A DNA stretch of 64,000 nt from Octopus bimaculoides. Taxonomy: Eukaryota. The notes under the pieces are model-generated. The model did no database searches, was not told the origin of the DNA, and saw nothing but the letters and a program-made list of their open reading frames with translations. A program made the translations under genes and the position numbers. Of this stretch, positions 25,131 through 37,922 are shown in pieces. Numbering within the stretch: the stretch's first letter is position 1; each line of letters opens with the position of its first letter. Location: assembly GCF_001194135.2 (NCBI RefSeq), contig NC_068984.1, positions 1,828,782 to 1,892,781 on the forward strand, given 5' to 3'.

Positions 25131-25584
25131 AGATAGATAGATGGATTGATAGATAGATAGATAGAGAGATAGATAGATAGATAGATAGAAGGATAGATAG
25201 ATAGATAGAAGGATAGATAGATAGACAAATAAATAGATAGATAAATAAAGAAATAGATAGATAGATAGTTAGATGGATAGATAGATGAATAAATAGATAG
25301 ATAGATAGATGATAGATAGATAGGTAGGTAGGTAGGTAGACAGATAGATAGATAGATAAGTAGATAGATAGATAGAGGGACACACAGATAAATAGATAGT
25401 NNNNNNNNNNAAATAAATAGATAGATAAATAAAGAAATAGATAGATAGATAGTTAGATGGATAGATAGATGAATAAATAGATAGATAGATAGATGATAGA
25501 TAGATAGGTAGGTAGGTAGGTAGACAGATAGATAGATAGATAAGTAGATAGATAGATAGAGGGACACACAGATAAATAGATAGT
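25131..25584. repeat. (ATAG)n-type complex microsatellite with a duplicated block across a 10-N gap
   Basis: Direct reading. Confidence 0.9.
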
Positions 25585-25907
25585 GAGATGAGGTTATGTA
25601 TCATGAATTTATAGTAAGCGTGTGATGGTGGCATGTGAAAGACGTGTACTTTTGCAAATTGGTGCCACTCTCTAACCTGTTCTGGCGATGTGGGTAAAGT
25701 TGTTAACATACCAGCACGGCTTAAGTTTGATTTAATCCGATTAGGAGGTGCTTAACAGATAACCCCTGGCTACCCCTTGCTAGTTGTTTACACTAGGGCA
25801 TCTTATTCCCCCTTCTGGGCAGTTCATTGGATGAAAGTATTAAAAACTTCCTTAGAAAAATAAGTAATATATTAGGAAAGTGAAAAAAGTAATAAAAAAA
25901 CAACAAC

Positions 25908-25982
<75 letters not shown>

Positions 25983-27234
25983 AACAAAGCAAGAGGCTAT
26001 TTAAAACTAAATTGCAATTCGTTATTTAATTTTCTACGAAAGACAGGCGAATTCGTCGTTGTTCATGGCTAACTTAATACACACGAATTAAAAGGTGAGC
26101 TAGAGTAAAAACAGTTCAGATTTAACCAGATTTCCTTAAACGGTTAAGAAATATAAAGACAGTCATGGAGTCCACAAACGTTGATAAATGTTCAGTTAAT
26201 CTTTTTTTCTACATTTAAGGTGAGTGAGACGGTGGTATAGGCTGAGGGAGTTTGCAGAAGATAGGTTTAGATAAAGTGTTTAGTATCGAAGGTTTAGAAA
26301 GTGTTGGGACTACACAAGCGCCGGGGGGTGGTGAGCATAAAAGTAACCCAAAGAAGTATTTTGATGCAATAATAAGAAAGGTCCAAGAGACTGAAGGAGG
26401 TTAGATATCAGGGAAGAGGGACTATTTTAGTAATCGGAGTATCACCAAAACTTGTTGATCATCCTCAGGCCAGTCATCGTAGTGAAGAATCATAGTTAAA
26501 GGTGTCCAGCCGTGAATATTGTTTTGCGTTCAGACGTAGTATATCTAGAAGTACATCACTCAATGTGTCCTTCCTTTTTAAAACGACAGAGAGTCATTTT
26601 AGGAATGTTTGACTGTTATTATAAGATGTCTCTTAGATCTACCATTTCACCCGCAACAAAAATGACCTCCACTCCTCACAGTTGGATGCTCTACTATTCC
26701 CTCTACTCCCTCACCTACCCCCAGTCTTTCTACTATTCAGTACACCAATCCTTTCTCATCCACTCATCGTTGTTTCTCTGGAATTCTTTCTCCTGGAATG
26801 CTGTTTTTTTTGAAGCTGTGATCCAGTCAATGTTCAAGAGGAATACAAACCACGTCGATCTCACCGGTTCCGAAGACCCTACGAAGGCTGGAATCTCAGC
26901 TCCCTTCACAATCCCGACCCCACTAAGAGCCCCATTCGAATGCCAGCGTACACGCCCCCTTTTTGTCTGGAATAAAATAAAAAAAACACTTCTAAAATTC
27001 GCTTATAAAAAAATTAAATCCGCCATCGATAAGGAAATCCTCTTTTTCGATGTTCAACTCTCTCAATAATCCCCTTTTTTACTCCTGTTTTAGGTGGTCT
27101 TTAGCCCCTTTTTTTATTTTTATCTCCAATTTCTTATTCAGTTTTTCAGTTCTTGTTTGTAAGGAGTTTTGTAATTCATTTCTTTTATCCTTTAAAAATT
27201 CTTTGTTTCTCAGCCTAAAGATTGCGCCCATGCT

Positions 27235-27730
27235 GGGGCACTGCAAGTATTGTCACCTTTTCGATAGCCATTCTCATATGGTAGGCATTTCATGAATGAG
27301 GATGTTTGATAATGCTGCCCTGTTTCGAGTTTCTTGTTGCGATGTTGGTTCATCTGGGATCATGGACAGCAGAAAGCCAAGTTGCTTCTTGAAAACATCT
27401 GCCCGCATTCCATGTAAATCGCGTAGGTGTTTTGGCAAGATATTTAATAGCTGTGAGCCTTTGAATCCCAAACTATTGCAGCATTTCGACCTTACCCTAG
27501 TCGGGATGGATGGAATCTTTGGAACAGTGCAGCGGCGTCCTGTTCAAGGAAAGTATAACTCTTGATTCCACAGTTTGGAATACATTCTTTGGAACTTGCA
27601 GCCTATTTGGCCTCACAATCAGTTTTCCTTCAAAGGTCTTCCATATGTACATCACCACATGCCTATCCTACCTTCGCCTCAGGGAGGAGTCATAGCTCTT
27701 TCAATCTCTCCCAGTAGCTCAAGCTACATA
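27235..27730 (-). mobile_element. CR1-like LINE 3' end
   Basis: GFKGSQLLNILPKHLRDLHG..VFKKQLGFLLSMIPDEP, typical CR1 C-terminus. Confidence 0.8.
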
Positions 27731-28259
27731 CATGCATGCATGCATACATACATACATGCATACATACATACATACATGCATACACGTACACACACACACA
27801 CACACACATTTATATATATGTATGATGTAAATGTATACCGAGTAATATGCTTTGTAATCGCGTTCTGTAATCGACTCTGCGTTCCGTTTAGCATTTCAAT
27901 CTCATATAATACTTGCGTTACAATCCGAGCAGAGACAGGCTAAATTGCTATAAAGGTCAGTCGCGTAATATCGGAATAATCATAAAATCAAATGTTGATA
28001 ATTTGAATGAACGTTCCGAGTAGTTACAAAAGATAACTGTCGTCAATCGACGTTTCAAAATATTCAAAATATGCGACTATTCCTACACACACTCACACAC
28101 ACACACGCGCACACACACGCGCGCACACACACGCGCGCACACACACACGCACACACACACGCGCGCACACATACCATCTAAGAATCCATAAGTGAGGAAA
28201 AATGCACTTGTTTATCTGTCAACAGAATTGGTATATTGATCAAAGTGTACAATATTATC

Positions 28260-28364
28260 TTGCCATTACGGCCGATCTTACCAATCGGTTTCACACTTGA
28301 GGGGTTCAACGGAGTGTTAGATAACAACCCGATTATGTAAACCTGCGCTCTTCAGAGATGGCAA
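28260..28364 (-). ncRNA. Candidate extended type I hammerhead in the Penelope 3' repeat, probably decayed
   Basis: UUGCCAU..-CUGAAGA-GCGC..GUGU-GAAA-CCGAU(7 nt)AUCGG-C-C-..AUGGCAA; U16.1 position is C. Confidence 0.5.
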
Positions 28365-29480
28365 TTATGGAATGGAATATAACGACTAATTTCTATTGTT
28401 GGAGGTGAACGGTTCGTGGTTGCAGTGAAACGAACCGAGCAAGAGTTGAGTTAAGAGTTATGTATGTGTATAGTGTTTGCGGGGAATGGGGGTTCCAAAG
28501 GCTGCATACACGTCTGTGTTCGTTAGTCTGTTGGGTGGTAGTCCACCGTGTTAGGGCGTGTGCGTTTGTGTATGTTCTGGGCAAACACTTTGCCGGATTC
28601 CCAGGTGTTGGGATGGCCGAAGCTGGGGAGCTGGTGATTATAGTCACGACGGGGCACGCCGGTATGACAGGATGTACTTCCTTTCATGTGGGCAAGGATT
28701 AAAAATTTCACTCCTGCTGTTCAGGTAGATGTCCGGGTGCTGAGAGCTCTTTAATATCGCTCTTTTCTCAACCAAGCATGATCTGCACTTCTTGCTGCTA
28801 CTTAAGTACGCTTTACATTTCTGTAGAATCTTCCACTTTATGCCATACTCGGTGGCATTTTCTTTTAACAGTCATGCGGGCTTGGCCAGAGTTGTGGCGT
28901 TACGTCTCTCCGAGATGTTGAAGGAGAAGTTGTGGTTGTTATAGCGGGTTCTAAAAAGACTTCAGTTGTTCCCACGTACTTTCGAACGTTTGGTTGCCCA
29001 TTTAGTTCTATTGCTGTTACCTCTGTCTCGTATACGATGGTCTACGTGTTACAGTGGCCGTTCAGTGGACATGCTGTGTTACCTCTACATGAGCATTCTG
29101 TCTCTGTCTCAGGCGTGGGGCTATATACTAAAATCCTTTAAATTGGATGCACAACTAAAAGAAACTCTCTGAGTGTGTCTATTAAATATCTTACTGACTC
29201 TACTCGTACGAGGGAAGTGTTTGTCCACTAAGCTAAAGAAACCTTTCTTACCTACTCAGGTCTTGATACTTAGAGAGAAGAGCCGTGTGGACCGCAACAC
29301 TTTCCGGTGCCGTTTTCTCTTGGAGGCTTTAGGGTCTGGCATATAACTAATTATTTCCTTGAAACCGCCGGTGGCTAGAGCCTCATTATAGTACGGGGCG
29401 ACAACATAAAAAATCCCTTTATTTGAAAATAGGTGGGAGATAGGCTCTTGAAAACTATGGCTAGATGTTAATATACGATA
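28260..29480 (-). mobile_element. Penelope-like element remnant: RT thumb/GIY-YIG end plus terminal repeat region
   Basis: APYYNEALATGGF; KRKRHRKV; TIVYETEV..KYVGTTE; EYGIKWKILQKCKAY..KCRSCLVEK..LNSRSEIFNPCPHERKY. Confidence 0.85.
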
Positions 29481-29609
29481 GATTCTCATTTGGCTTCTCA
29501 AAGGGTCTATAAGGTACCAGACTCGAAGACAGGGAAACATCAAGCGGTTGTATGTATGTATGTATGTGTGTATGTATGTATGTATGTATGTATAGTCGTA
29601 AACATCCCA

Positions 29610-29970
29610 ATCAAGGGCGAAAGCTTACTTCCCAGCCACATGGTTCCGGGTTCATTCCACTGCGTGACACCTTGGGCAAGTGTCCTCTACTATAGCTTCG
29701 GGCCGACTAAGGCCTTGTGAGTGGATTTGGTAGACGGAAACTAAAAGAAACCCGTCCAATATAAATGTATGTATGTATTTGTTATTTGTGTCTGTTTGTC
29801 CTCCACCATCGCTTGGTGTGTTTAGGTCCCCGTAACCTAGCGGTTCAGCAAAGAAGACCGATAGAATAAGTACTGGGCTTACAAAGAATAAGTTCTGGGA
29901 TCTATTTGTTCGACTAAAGGCGGTGCTCCAGCATGGCCGCAGTCAAATGACTGAAACAAGTAAAAGAATA
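29610..29970 (+). mobile_element. Near full-length tRNA-derived SINE (head, internal microsatellite, body)
   Basis: Head matches 9125 and 47300; body GACCGATAGAATAAGTAC..GGCGGTGCTCCAGCATGGCCGCAGTCAAATGACTGAAACAAG. Confidence 0.8.
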
Positions 29971-29973
29971 GAA

Positions 29974-30033
<60 letters not shown>

Positions 30034-30180
30034 TTGTGTGTGCGCTCGCGTACACCTTCTCCTCTCTTCGTACACTACAAAGAAATTCTGAGTTTTATTT
30101 ACTTTTAATTTCCCCACCCGATATACAACATCCACATAGCTCTGTCCCGGGTGTCTTGTGAAAAGCATGCAAACTCTTAA

Positions 30181-30181
30181 C

Positions 30182-30215
<34 letters not shown>
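30181..30215. repeat. (CCG)n trinucleotide repeat
   Basis: Direct reading; only such CpG-dense run in the window. Confidence 0.95.
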
Positions 30216-30571
30216 ATTTACCCCGCTTCTCTCCCGCTCTTCTTCATTCACGAGCCTCGTCTTATTCTCTCAGCCGTCGCTCTCTTCACCTCCACACACA
30301 CACACACTCATAACGGCTGCTTTACCTGTCCAACAGGTTTGTCCGCCTCCAGCCTTCAGCTCTACCTGTCCAACCAGTATGAGTGTGTCATTGGATGTAG
30401 ATAGTGAGAGCCACTTTAGGATCAAACAACCATTGAAACTACTGTTCACTTTGGGACAAATGCAGCTAGTAAGTTAACCTATCCATCTATCTATCTATCT
30501 AACTATCTATCCATCTATCTATCTGTTTGTAATGTCTAAGTGTATGTGTGTGTCTGTTATATGGGGGTGAA

Positions 30572-30623
<52 letters not shown>

Positions 30624-31199
30624 GTGTAAATAAGACGTGTGTTAGAGAAAGAATGCGAGAGGACTGGTTGTGNNNNNNNNNNNNNNNNNNNNNNNNNNNN
30701 NNNNNNNNNNNNNNNNNNNNNNNNNNNNNNNNNNNNNNNNNNNNNNNNNNNNNNNNNNNNNNNNNNNNNNNNNNNNNNNNNNNNNNNNNNNNNNNNNNNN
30801 NNNNNNNNNNNNNNNNNNNNNNNNNNNNNNNNNNNNNNNNNNNNNNNNNNNNNNNNNNNNNNNNNNNNNNNNNNNNNNNNNNNNNNNNNNNNNNNNNNNN
30901 NNNNNNNNNNNNNNNNNNNNNNNNNNNNNNNNNNNNNNNNNNNNNNNNNNNNNNNNNNNNNNNNNNNNNNNNNNNTCTGTCTTCTCAAGCAATAAACTTT
31001 TACGTTCAATCTGTGGATGATTTAAAGTCTGTTTTCATCAGTAAATACAGCTGGTTTATAAATATATATACTCCAAGGTAAATGTAGCTGGTTTATTAAT
31101 AATCTGGTTTATTAATTTCATAATCAGGTAAAGTCTTTCTAAGTTTCACCATTTTATTTAACTATTTTCATTATTTTTCGTATTGTATTACTATTATTA

Positions 31200-31332
31200 T
31201 ATTCCGCCAAGGTCGACTTTGCCTTTCACCCTACAGAGATCGATAAATTAAGTACCAGTTGCGTACTGGAGTTGATCTAATCGACTGGCCCCATCCCCAC
31301 AAATTTCGGGCCTTGTGCCTAGTGTAGAAAAG

Positions 31333-31386
<54 letters not shown>

Positions 31387-31510
31387 TATTTGAATCCAAA
31401 TTCCACCTTTACCTTTCATCTCTCCGGGGTTGATTAAATAAGCTATCACTTAAGTACGGGTGTCAATGGTCTCGAAAGTTCCCCGCCCCTCAAAACTGCT
31501 AACCTTGTGC
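31200..31510 (+). mobile_element. Two tandem SINE core copies (Meta-domain-like) separated by (ATT)n
   Basis: GGTCGACTTTGCCTTTCACCCT..GATCGATAAATTAAGTACCAG; second decayed copy ~31400-31510. Confidence 0.65.
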
Positions 31511-32300
31511 CTACTATTTACTATCATATTTACCGTTGTTGTTATGGTTTGGCCTCTGGCCAGCCTTCAACCAGCCGACCTGCCAAAAATATTCCATCCG
31601 TGACAATCCCGTCTTTCATATTTCAAGCATTATCTATCGACATTATCCAATGTAGCCTTTTTTTTCAACACAGTAATTTGAGGGAGATTTAGCTGCTATT
31701 ACTCGAAGATCAACCTTCTATTCAAAGGTTTCCTTCTGGTCTCATTGTTACTTTATTTTCTTCAGTGACGGGACGAGGGGGTGAGTGCGGTGGGCCGCCT
31801 CGTGTGACGCTTTCATGGGGTAACTCCCCCCGGGTGGCAGAAACTAGCTATTCCACTGCTTTTCTGACAAGTTTTTTGGGAAGAGAAGGCACTCCGCCAC
31901 CATAGACAGTCGTGGTTTTGTACAGACATGACACCACCACCACCACCACTACCACCACTGCCACCACTACCACCACCACTACCATCATCATCGTCATCAC
32001 CAATGTTGTTGTTTGTGGTCATTATTATGGTACAGCCGTCGGCCCAGGACAGGAATAAAAATGGCAAAAAGAAAAGAAAAACATTTAATTCTTCCGTCTG
32101 CGTTCCAAGTTCAAACCCCGTCGAATTGGCTCTCTTTTCCATCCCATCAATCCCCTACATGGTTATTCTGCCTGCTAGAAACAACAACAAAATCTTCTTC
32201 CACGTGTTTCCTGCACATGTCCACTAACAGCTGGTCAAACTGACCATTAAGTGTTCCAGATTGACCAGACTCTAACGTCACTGCGTCTTCCTCCTGACAA

Positions 32301-32350
<50 letters not shown>

Positions 32351-32505
32351 ACACACACACACACGTACATACATACATAATACATACATACATATATACA
32401 TACATGCATACACAGACATACATACATGCATGCATACTTACATATTTATATACATATTCGTATACATATATATAAAACAATATATACATACACACACATG
32501 ATCTC

Positions 32506-32583
<78 letters not shown>

Positions 32584-32734
32584 TATGTATATATATATAT
32601 ATATATAATATATATAAAAATGCATTTATATATGTATGTATATAAACATGCATATATGTATATATACACATACATACAAACATAATACATACATACGAAC
32701 TTACAAATACACACGCACACACACACGCACACAC

Positions 32735-32843
<109 letters not shown>

Positions 32844-34372
32844 AAACTTTCACAAGAAGACTCGTGTCAGTAACTTCGAAGTTTGAGCCTGTAAGCTTTC
32901 ATCTGACGAAATTGTTTTTATTAGAAACGTTTAATGGAATAAAAAAAACTTCGCTGCAGCATCTATCATTTTGTGTAAAATATGTGTTTTACATTATAAT
33001 TCGATTGCAATGAAAATTAAATGACTTAAAATTATTCACTTCTGTAAACAAAAAGATTTTAATCTGTTATGATTCTGCTCATGCTGGAGCAATGATATAA
33101 TAAGTCATCGATCTCTTCAAGCATCGATTAATCGTTACGATCCATCTCTATTATTCTCCAGTTTTCATCCACAAACATTTAAAAACATTCCTTCGTGGTT
33201 CTTCTGTGCACCGTCTACCCCAGCCCACACGATCACACCCCACCCTGCTTCTTGTTCGATCAATTGATACAAACTGATCGAACTCCGTCAATGAATATCA
33301 AACACGTTGCGTCTGCTTCAATGTCTAATGTTGTTGTTGTTGTTATAGAGAAGCGAGATATGACATTTTAATTCAATGAGAAATTAATTTACGTTAATTG
33401 TAAAAGGGTGAAAGATGATATCCTGGTGGTGCTGTTTAACCCCAGGTCAGCCTTGATCGAGCAAGTCAAAGACATTCCAATCATGACCATATAACTGATT
33501 TGCAGGGAGTATGTAGGTCTACAATATTCACTGAGTTCAAATGGTTTGAGGAAGATTATGCTGTCATTTTGTGTAGATGGAGTGATTACGTAGAGGATCC
33601 TTTGTTGGTGCGAAAGAGAGTTTTATTTATCGTAATTAGTAGAAGTGGTGATAACTGTAATTAATGGAGTTGATAACTGTAATTAGTGGAAGTGATAATT
33701 GATTAGACATCTTGTACAAGACAAAACTCATTTGAAATGGTTCATGCAGCTTGTTTTAATTTTCATTTATGGTGTTGAAGATCTGGTTACATGATATTGA
33801 CTTTTAAATGGAGGGTTGCACAGAAAACGTCCCCTATTTAGGACGGCCACTAGTCAGGATCGTGTCTTCATTTAGCTTATATATTATGATTTTCTTTTAG
33901 CTACTGTTATTGTTTGGACTAGTGGGCATCGTGTGTTTGATGTTGCAACACATGTCAAGAATGGTGAATTTAGGAGGGTTCTTTTGCCTGTAACATTACA
34001 AAATATTAATTCTGGAGGATTCTACGATGTTGCCTTGTCCAGTCTTCTGCTAAAATTCCATCCACGTCTGCGAGTTTTTACAGGAATATTAAATTGACCT
34101 TACTATCTTACAAATACTTTGTTTTATTGACTCCAGAAGGCTGAAACGTGAAGTTGACTTCAATAGGATTTGAATTCAAGACGTAAAGAAATATAACTAA
34201 ACAACGCATGAATTTTGTGCGATACTCTAATGATTTTGCTAAGAAAATCATAAAACTAAATTTGTGTGGATATGAAACGTTACAGGTATAGCATAACAAA
34301 GAGACACATCTTAAATATGGCAGTTTTTGATTTGGGGTGAGAATTAGTATAACAAACAACATTCAAATAGCA

Positions 34373-34656
34373 TTATTTACATTTGACGGATATTTGTCCT
34401 CATCTTGTTTGTTAACATAACGTTTCGGCTGATATACCCTCCAGCCTTCATCAGGTGTCTTGGGGAAATTTCGAACTTGGGTTCTCATTCCTAAAGTATT
34501 TTTCGATGTTATTATTATTATTATTATTATTTAGGTCACTGCCTGGAATCGAACTCGGAATCTTGGGGTTAGTAGCCTGCGCTCTTAAACTACTACGCCA
34601 TATTCCCGTGGGCAGTTATGGAGTGAATTTTTAGGGCTTATAAATCTAATAATTGT
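34373..34656 (-). mobile_element. tRNA-headed SINE-like element with hammerhead tail, copy 2, with 12-bp TSD
   Basis: Homologous to 21805-22085; ATTCAAATAGCA repeated at 34361-34372 and 34657-34668; hammerhead core at 34414-34459. Confidence 0.88.
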
Positions 34657-34932
34657 ATTCAAATAGCAGCTCTGAAAAGAAGTTTCTGGAGATTTCTAGC
34701 AAGACTGAACTTGTCTGAGAGTGAAATCGTAACCCCATTTTTTTTTAATGTTTCACGTTACGTAACAGAATGAAGTTTTATAACATTCGACCATTAACTT
34801 TATTTAACTTATTGTATATTTAATCGTTATTGCTTTTTTTTCTTTTACAGAGAATTTTTGTTAATTAAAACCGAACGGCTTCCGAGGAGAAGACCTAACC
34901 CCAATCATCTTTACAAAAGAAACCAAAGCAAG

Positions 34933-35341
34933 ATGGAGGTCCAATACTACAGCGATATCACCCGAGTATATCACACTAACTACGTGAGAAACTCCCGTGC
35001 TATCGCTGTGCTGTGGGGCATTTTTACAATCTGTTTCACACTGTTAAATATTGTCGTCTTCATTCAACCTCAATGGTTTGGTGATACAATGAACTCGCCG
35101 GATATAGGTTTCTTCGGACTCTATGAATATTGCGAAAGAACTGCAGGATCTACTGATTTCCAATGTATCGGGGAATTTACTAATATGGAGTCTATACTGA
35201 ATGCTTCGTTTAAGGCGGCCGGATTCTTCGTTGGTTTCTCAGCTCTGTTGTTTATTATTTGTGTACTTTGCTTGTTACTGTTCTTCTTCCTAAATACTGC
35301 AACAGTCCTCAAGATATGTGGATGGATACAAACGTTATCGG
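34933..35341 (+). CDS. LHFPL3: LHFPL-like gene B coding exon 1
   Basis: MEVQYYSDITRVYHTNYVRNSRAIAVLWGIFTICF..QPQWFGD..GFFGLYEYC..FKAAGFFVG..KICGWIQ; acceptor ttttacag at 34850; donor G|gtgagt at 35342. Confidence 0.96.
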
Positions 35342-35879
35342 GTGAGTCCTACAAATATTTCACAGACGCAAGGCACTAAATTTATGGAAATAACACCAAA
35401 CTATTGCATATAATAAAGGGGACACTTACGTGGTTGAGCGACCTGTTAGAAATTTCTCCCTAAATCAAATTTAATAAAGGACAAAAGAGTCAGTAGGGGA
35501 CCCACAATGTAAATACTCAGATTTCTCTCTAAACAGCAGCCAAACTCACCTAAACTCACACTCTATAATGTTACAAAGGAATAACACATAAGATAATGCG
35601 AATCTGTATTACCCCTTCAAGGGACGAGACGATCAATCATTGGTCTGTTTGGTCTATCGTTGATCCGTTTAGTCAACGCTAACGTTTCTATCAGTCAAAC
35701 CACATTATTTCAGGGAAATCTATTAACTTTTCAACACTGATAAGAAATCAATTAATTAGTCAAACACGGTTTTATGTATTCTGAAAGTGGACATAGAAAC
35801 TGCATTCTATGGTGTACGTTTGCGAACTATGTTATACTAAAGCATAATGTAGGATAGAGTAGTGTTATTGTTTTTTTAT

Positions 35880-36340
35880 TAGTCCATCGTTGTAGATGAT
35901 GATAAAGGCCATCAGATGGGAGAAAAAGACGGGACACCGTGTCTCTGTGAACGATCAGTCCAATGCATTCTGGGAAGGCTCTGCCGCAGGTCGGGTGGGT
36001 ACTGGTGGTCTGCTGGGATTGAAGGCAAAGAGGTGGCTCTGGACTTGCGCAGTTCGCATTCCCTTTCTGCCCCTGCAATCTCGTTCTGTTTGTAGGAAGT
36101 GTCACCTCTGTTGGTGCAGTTTCCCCAGGGAGGGTGGTCTTTTGCTTGCGTTTCTCAGGTGTTGAGGTTGATCGCAAAGCTCTTCGGTGAGGCCTTGAGT
36201 TTGTCCTTGAAGTGCTTTTTCTGTCCACTTTGCATGCACTTGCCTTCCACCACTTCGCTGTAAAACGGAGAGTCTCGTGTCAGGCATTCGAACAGGGTGG
36301 CCCGGCCACCTGACTTGCGCTCTCCTCAGCCGTGTGTCAA
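35880..36340 (-). mobile_element. RTE (BovB-like) LINE 3' fragment
   Basis: MPDTRL..GQKKHFKDKLKAS..CGRAF..IGL across frameshifts. Confidence 0.8.
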
Positions 36341-36499
36341 TGCGTATTACAACCTCTTTATAGTGTACAGCGGTGTATTGTGGCGCACTGTGGGGATGCT
36401 ATGGTTACTATAGTGACAACAGAGATTATAGTGTACCCTAACAGGCCAGAGTCGCTATACTACACTATAGTTTACTACAGTAGGCTGGTCACTTTGTGA

Positions 36500-36830
36500 A
36501 GGCCCGTGGCTTAGTGCTTAAGGTATTCGGCTTACGATCGCAGGGTCATGAGTTCAATTCCCGGTATCACGTTGTGTCTTTCAGCAAGAGATTTTATTTC
36601 ACATTCCTCCAGTCCACTCAGCTGGCAAAAATGAGTTGTACCTGTAATTAAAAGGAGTCAACCGTGTCACATTCAGTGTATCATGTTGAATTTCCCGGAG
36701 AACTACGTTGAGGGTACACGTGTCTGTGGAATACTCAGCCACTTACATGTTAATTTCACGGGTATGCTGTTCCGTTGATCGGATCAACTGGAACGCTCAT
36801 CGTCGTAATCGACGGAGTTCCACTCCTTAT
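36500..36830 (+). mobile_element. tRNA-derived SINE, second family
   Basis: A-box TGGCTTAGTG, B-box GAGTTCAATTCC, then CAGCAAGA..TTTATTTCACA..CACTCAGCTG; related copy at 54565-54830. Confidence 0.7.
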
Positions 36831-37103
36831 TTCAGTCACTTTAGTACACAGTACTATAGTCACTAAGTGCATACCAGCTGTTGTAATTTTTTTGTATAGC
36901 CCCTGGTCAGCTTTCATTAACTAGGCAGTTACTAAAAACATTCCAGTGATGTCCATCTAACCTCAGTGTATTTAGAATCACATCTAAGGATTTGAGGAAA
37001 ATTTGGCTGCTATTTGTAGCAGGTCGAGCCACTACGCAGTGTCCCTCGTTATATGTATTCAGTATATTTGTACAGAAATAGGGTCGAGCACATTTGAATG
37101 TTA

Positions 37104-37144
<41 letters not shown>

Positions 37145-37856
37145 CGTACGTACGTACCTACGTACCTACCTACCTACCTACCTCTCTCTCTCTTTCTACA
37201 CACACACACACACACACACACATGCGGACAAAGAAAGGCACACTAAATACCATAGAAAACGAACTCTTGATCCATCGAAATTATCTTCGCTTCGAAAGAG
37301 TGTAAGCAATAACTTGGCAGCAGTTGTAGTCGGCTGTGAATAACGAAGGGAGATGATTCGAAACAAACAATGATACAAACCATCTTTTATAATAAACCAG
37401 ACGAGAAATGAGTTAAGAGAAAAAAATGGGAAGTGTAGGAAGTTGGTTTTTCACGTACTTTAAAATCAGTTGGTCACACAGCAAAGATGAGACTGGGTTT
37501 GAACTGGTGATGGCCTTATTAGATTTTTATGAAGCAATTTCGGAAAGGTCAGAATCGAACAGATTATGTCCCTATAAATGTTTATTGGGGTCTCTAGTCT
37601 GTTTGTAGCGTGGCCATTGTATTTACTTTATATCATTATTGACAAATGCATGGTGTAAGTGCATGGGCGTTACCTTTAGACTCAGATGAGTGCACAAGCA
37701 TTGTTCCGTATGTGCACTCATCCGTAAAGAGATTTATATTTGGATAAACAATATAATATAAATGTAACAATGTGGATGCATATCCTTGCAAAGATGTTCA
37801 AATGCCTTTGCATACATACGTTATATTCACATCCACACACACACACGCACACACAC

Positions 37857-37922
<66 letters not shown>

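Noticed and set aside
25227-25584. ~174-bp direct duplication
   Set aside because: Identical blocks on both sides of a 10-N gap; most likely an unmerged contig overlap.
26100-27230. Possible endonuclease-like or retroelement remnant
   Set aside because: Non-repetitive composition but no motif strong enough to assign a family by eye.
31813-32431. Pro/Gly-rich ORFs and a minus-strand exon-like ORF (EEDAVTLESG..)
   Set aside because: Largely driven by (CCA)n and (CA)n repeats; no recognisable domain or partner exons.
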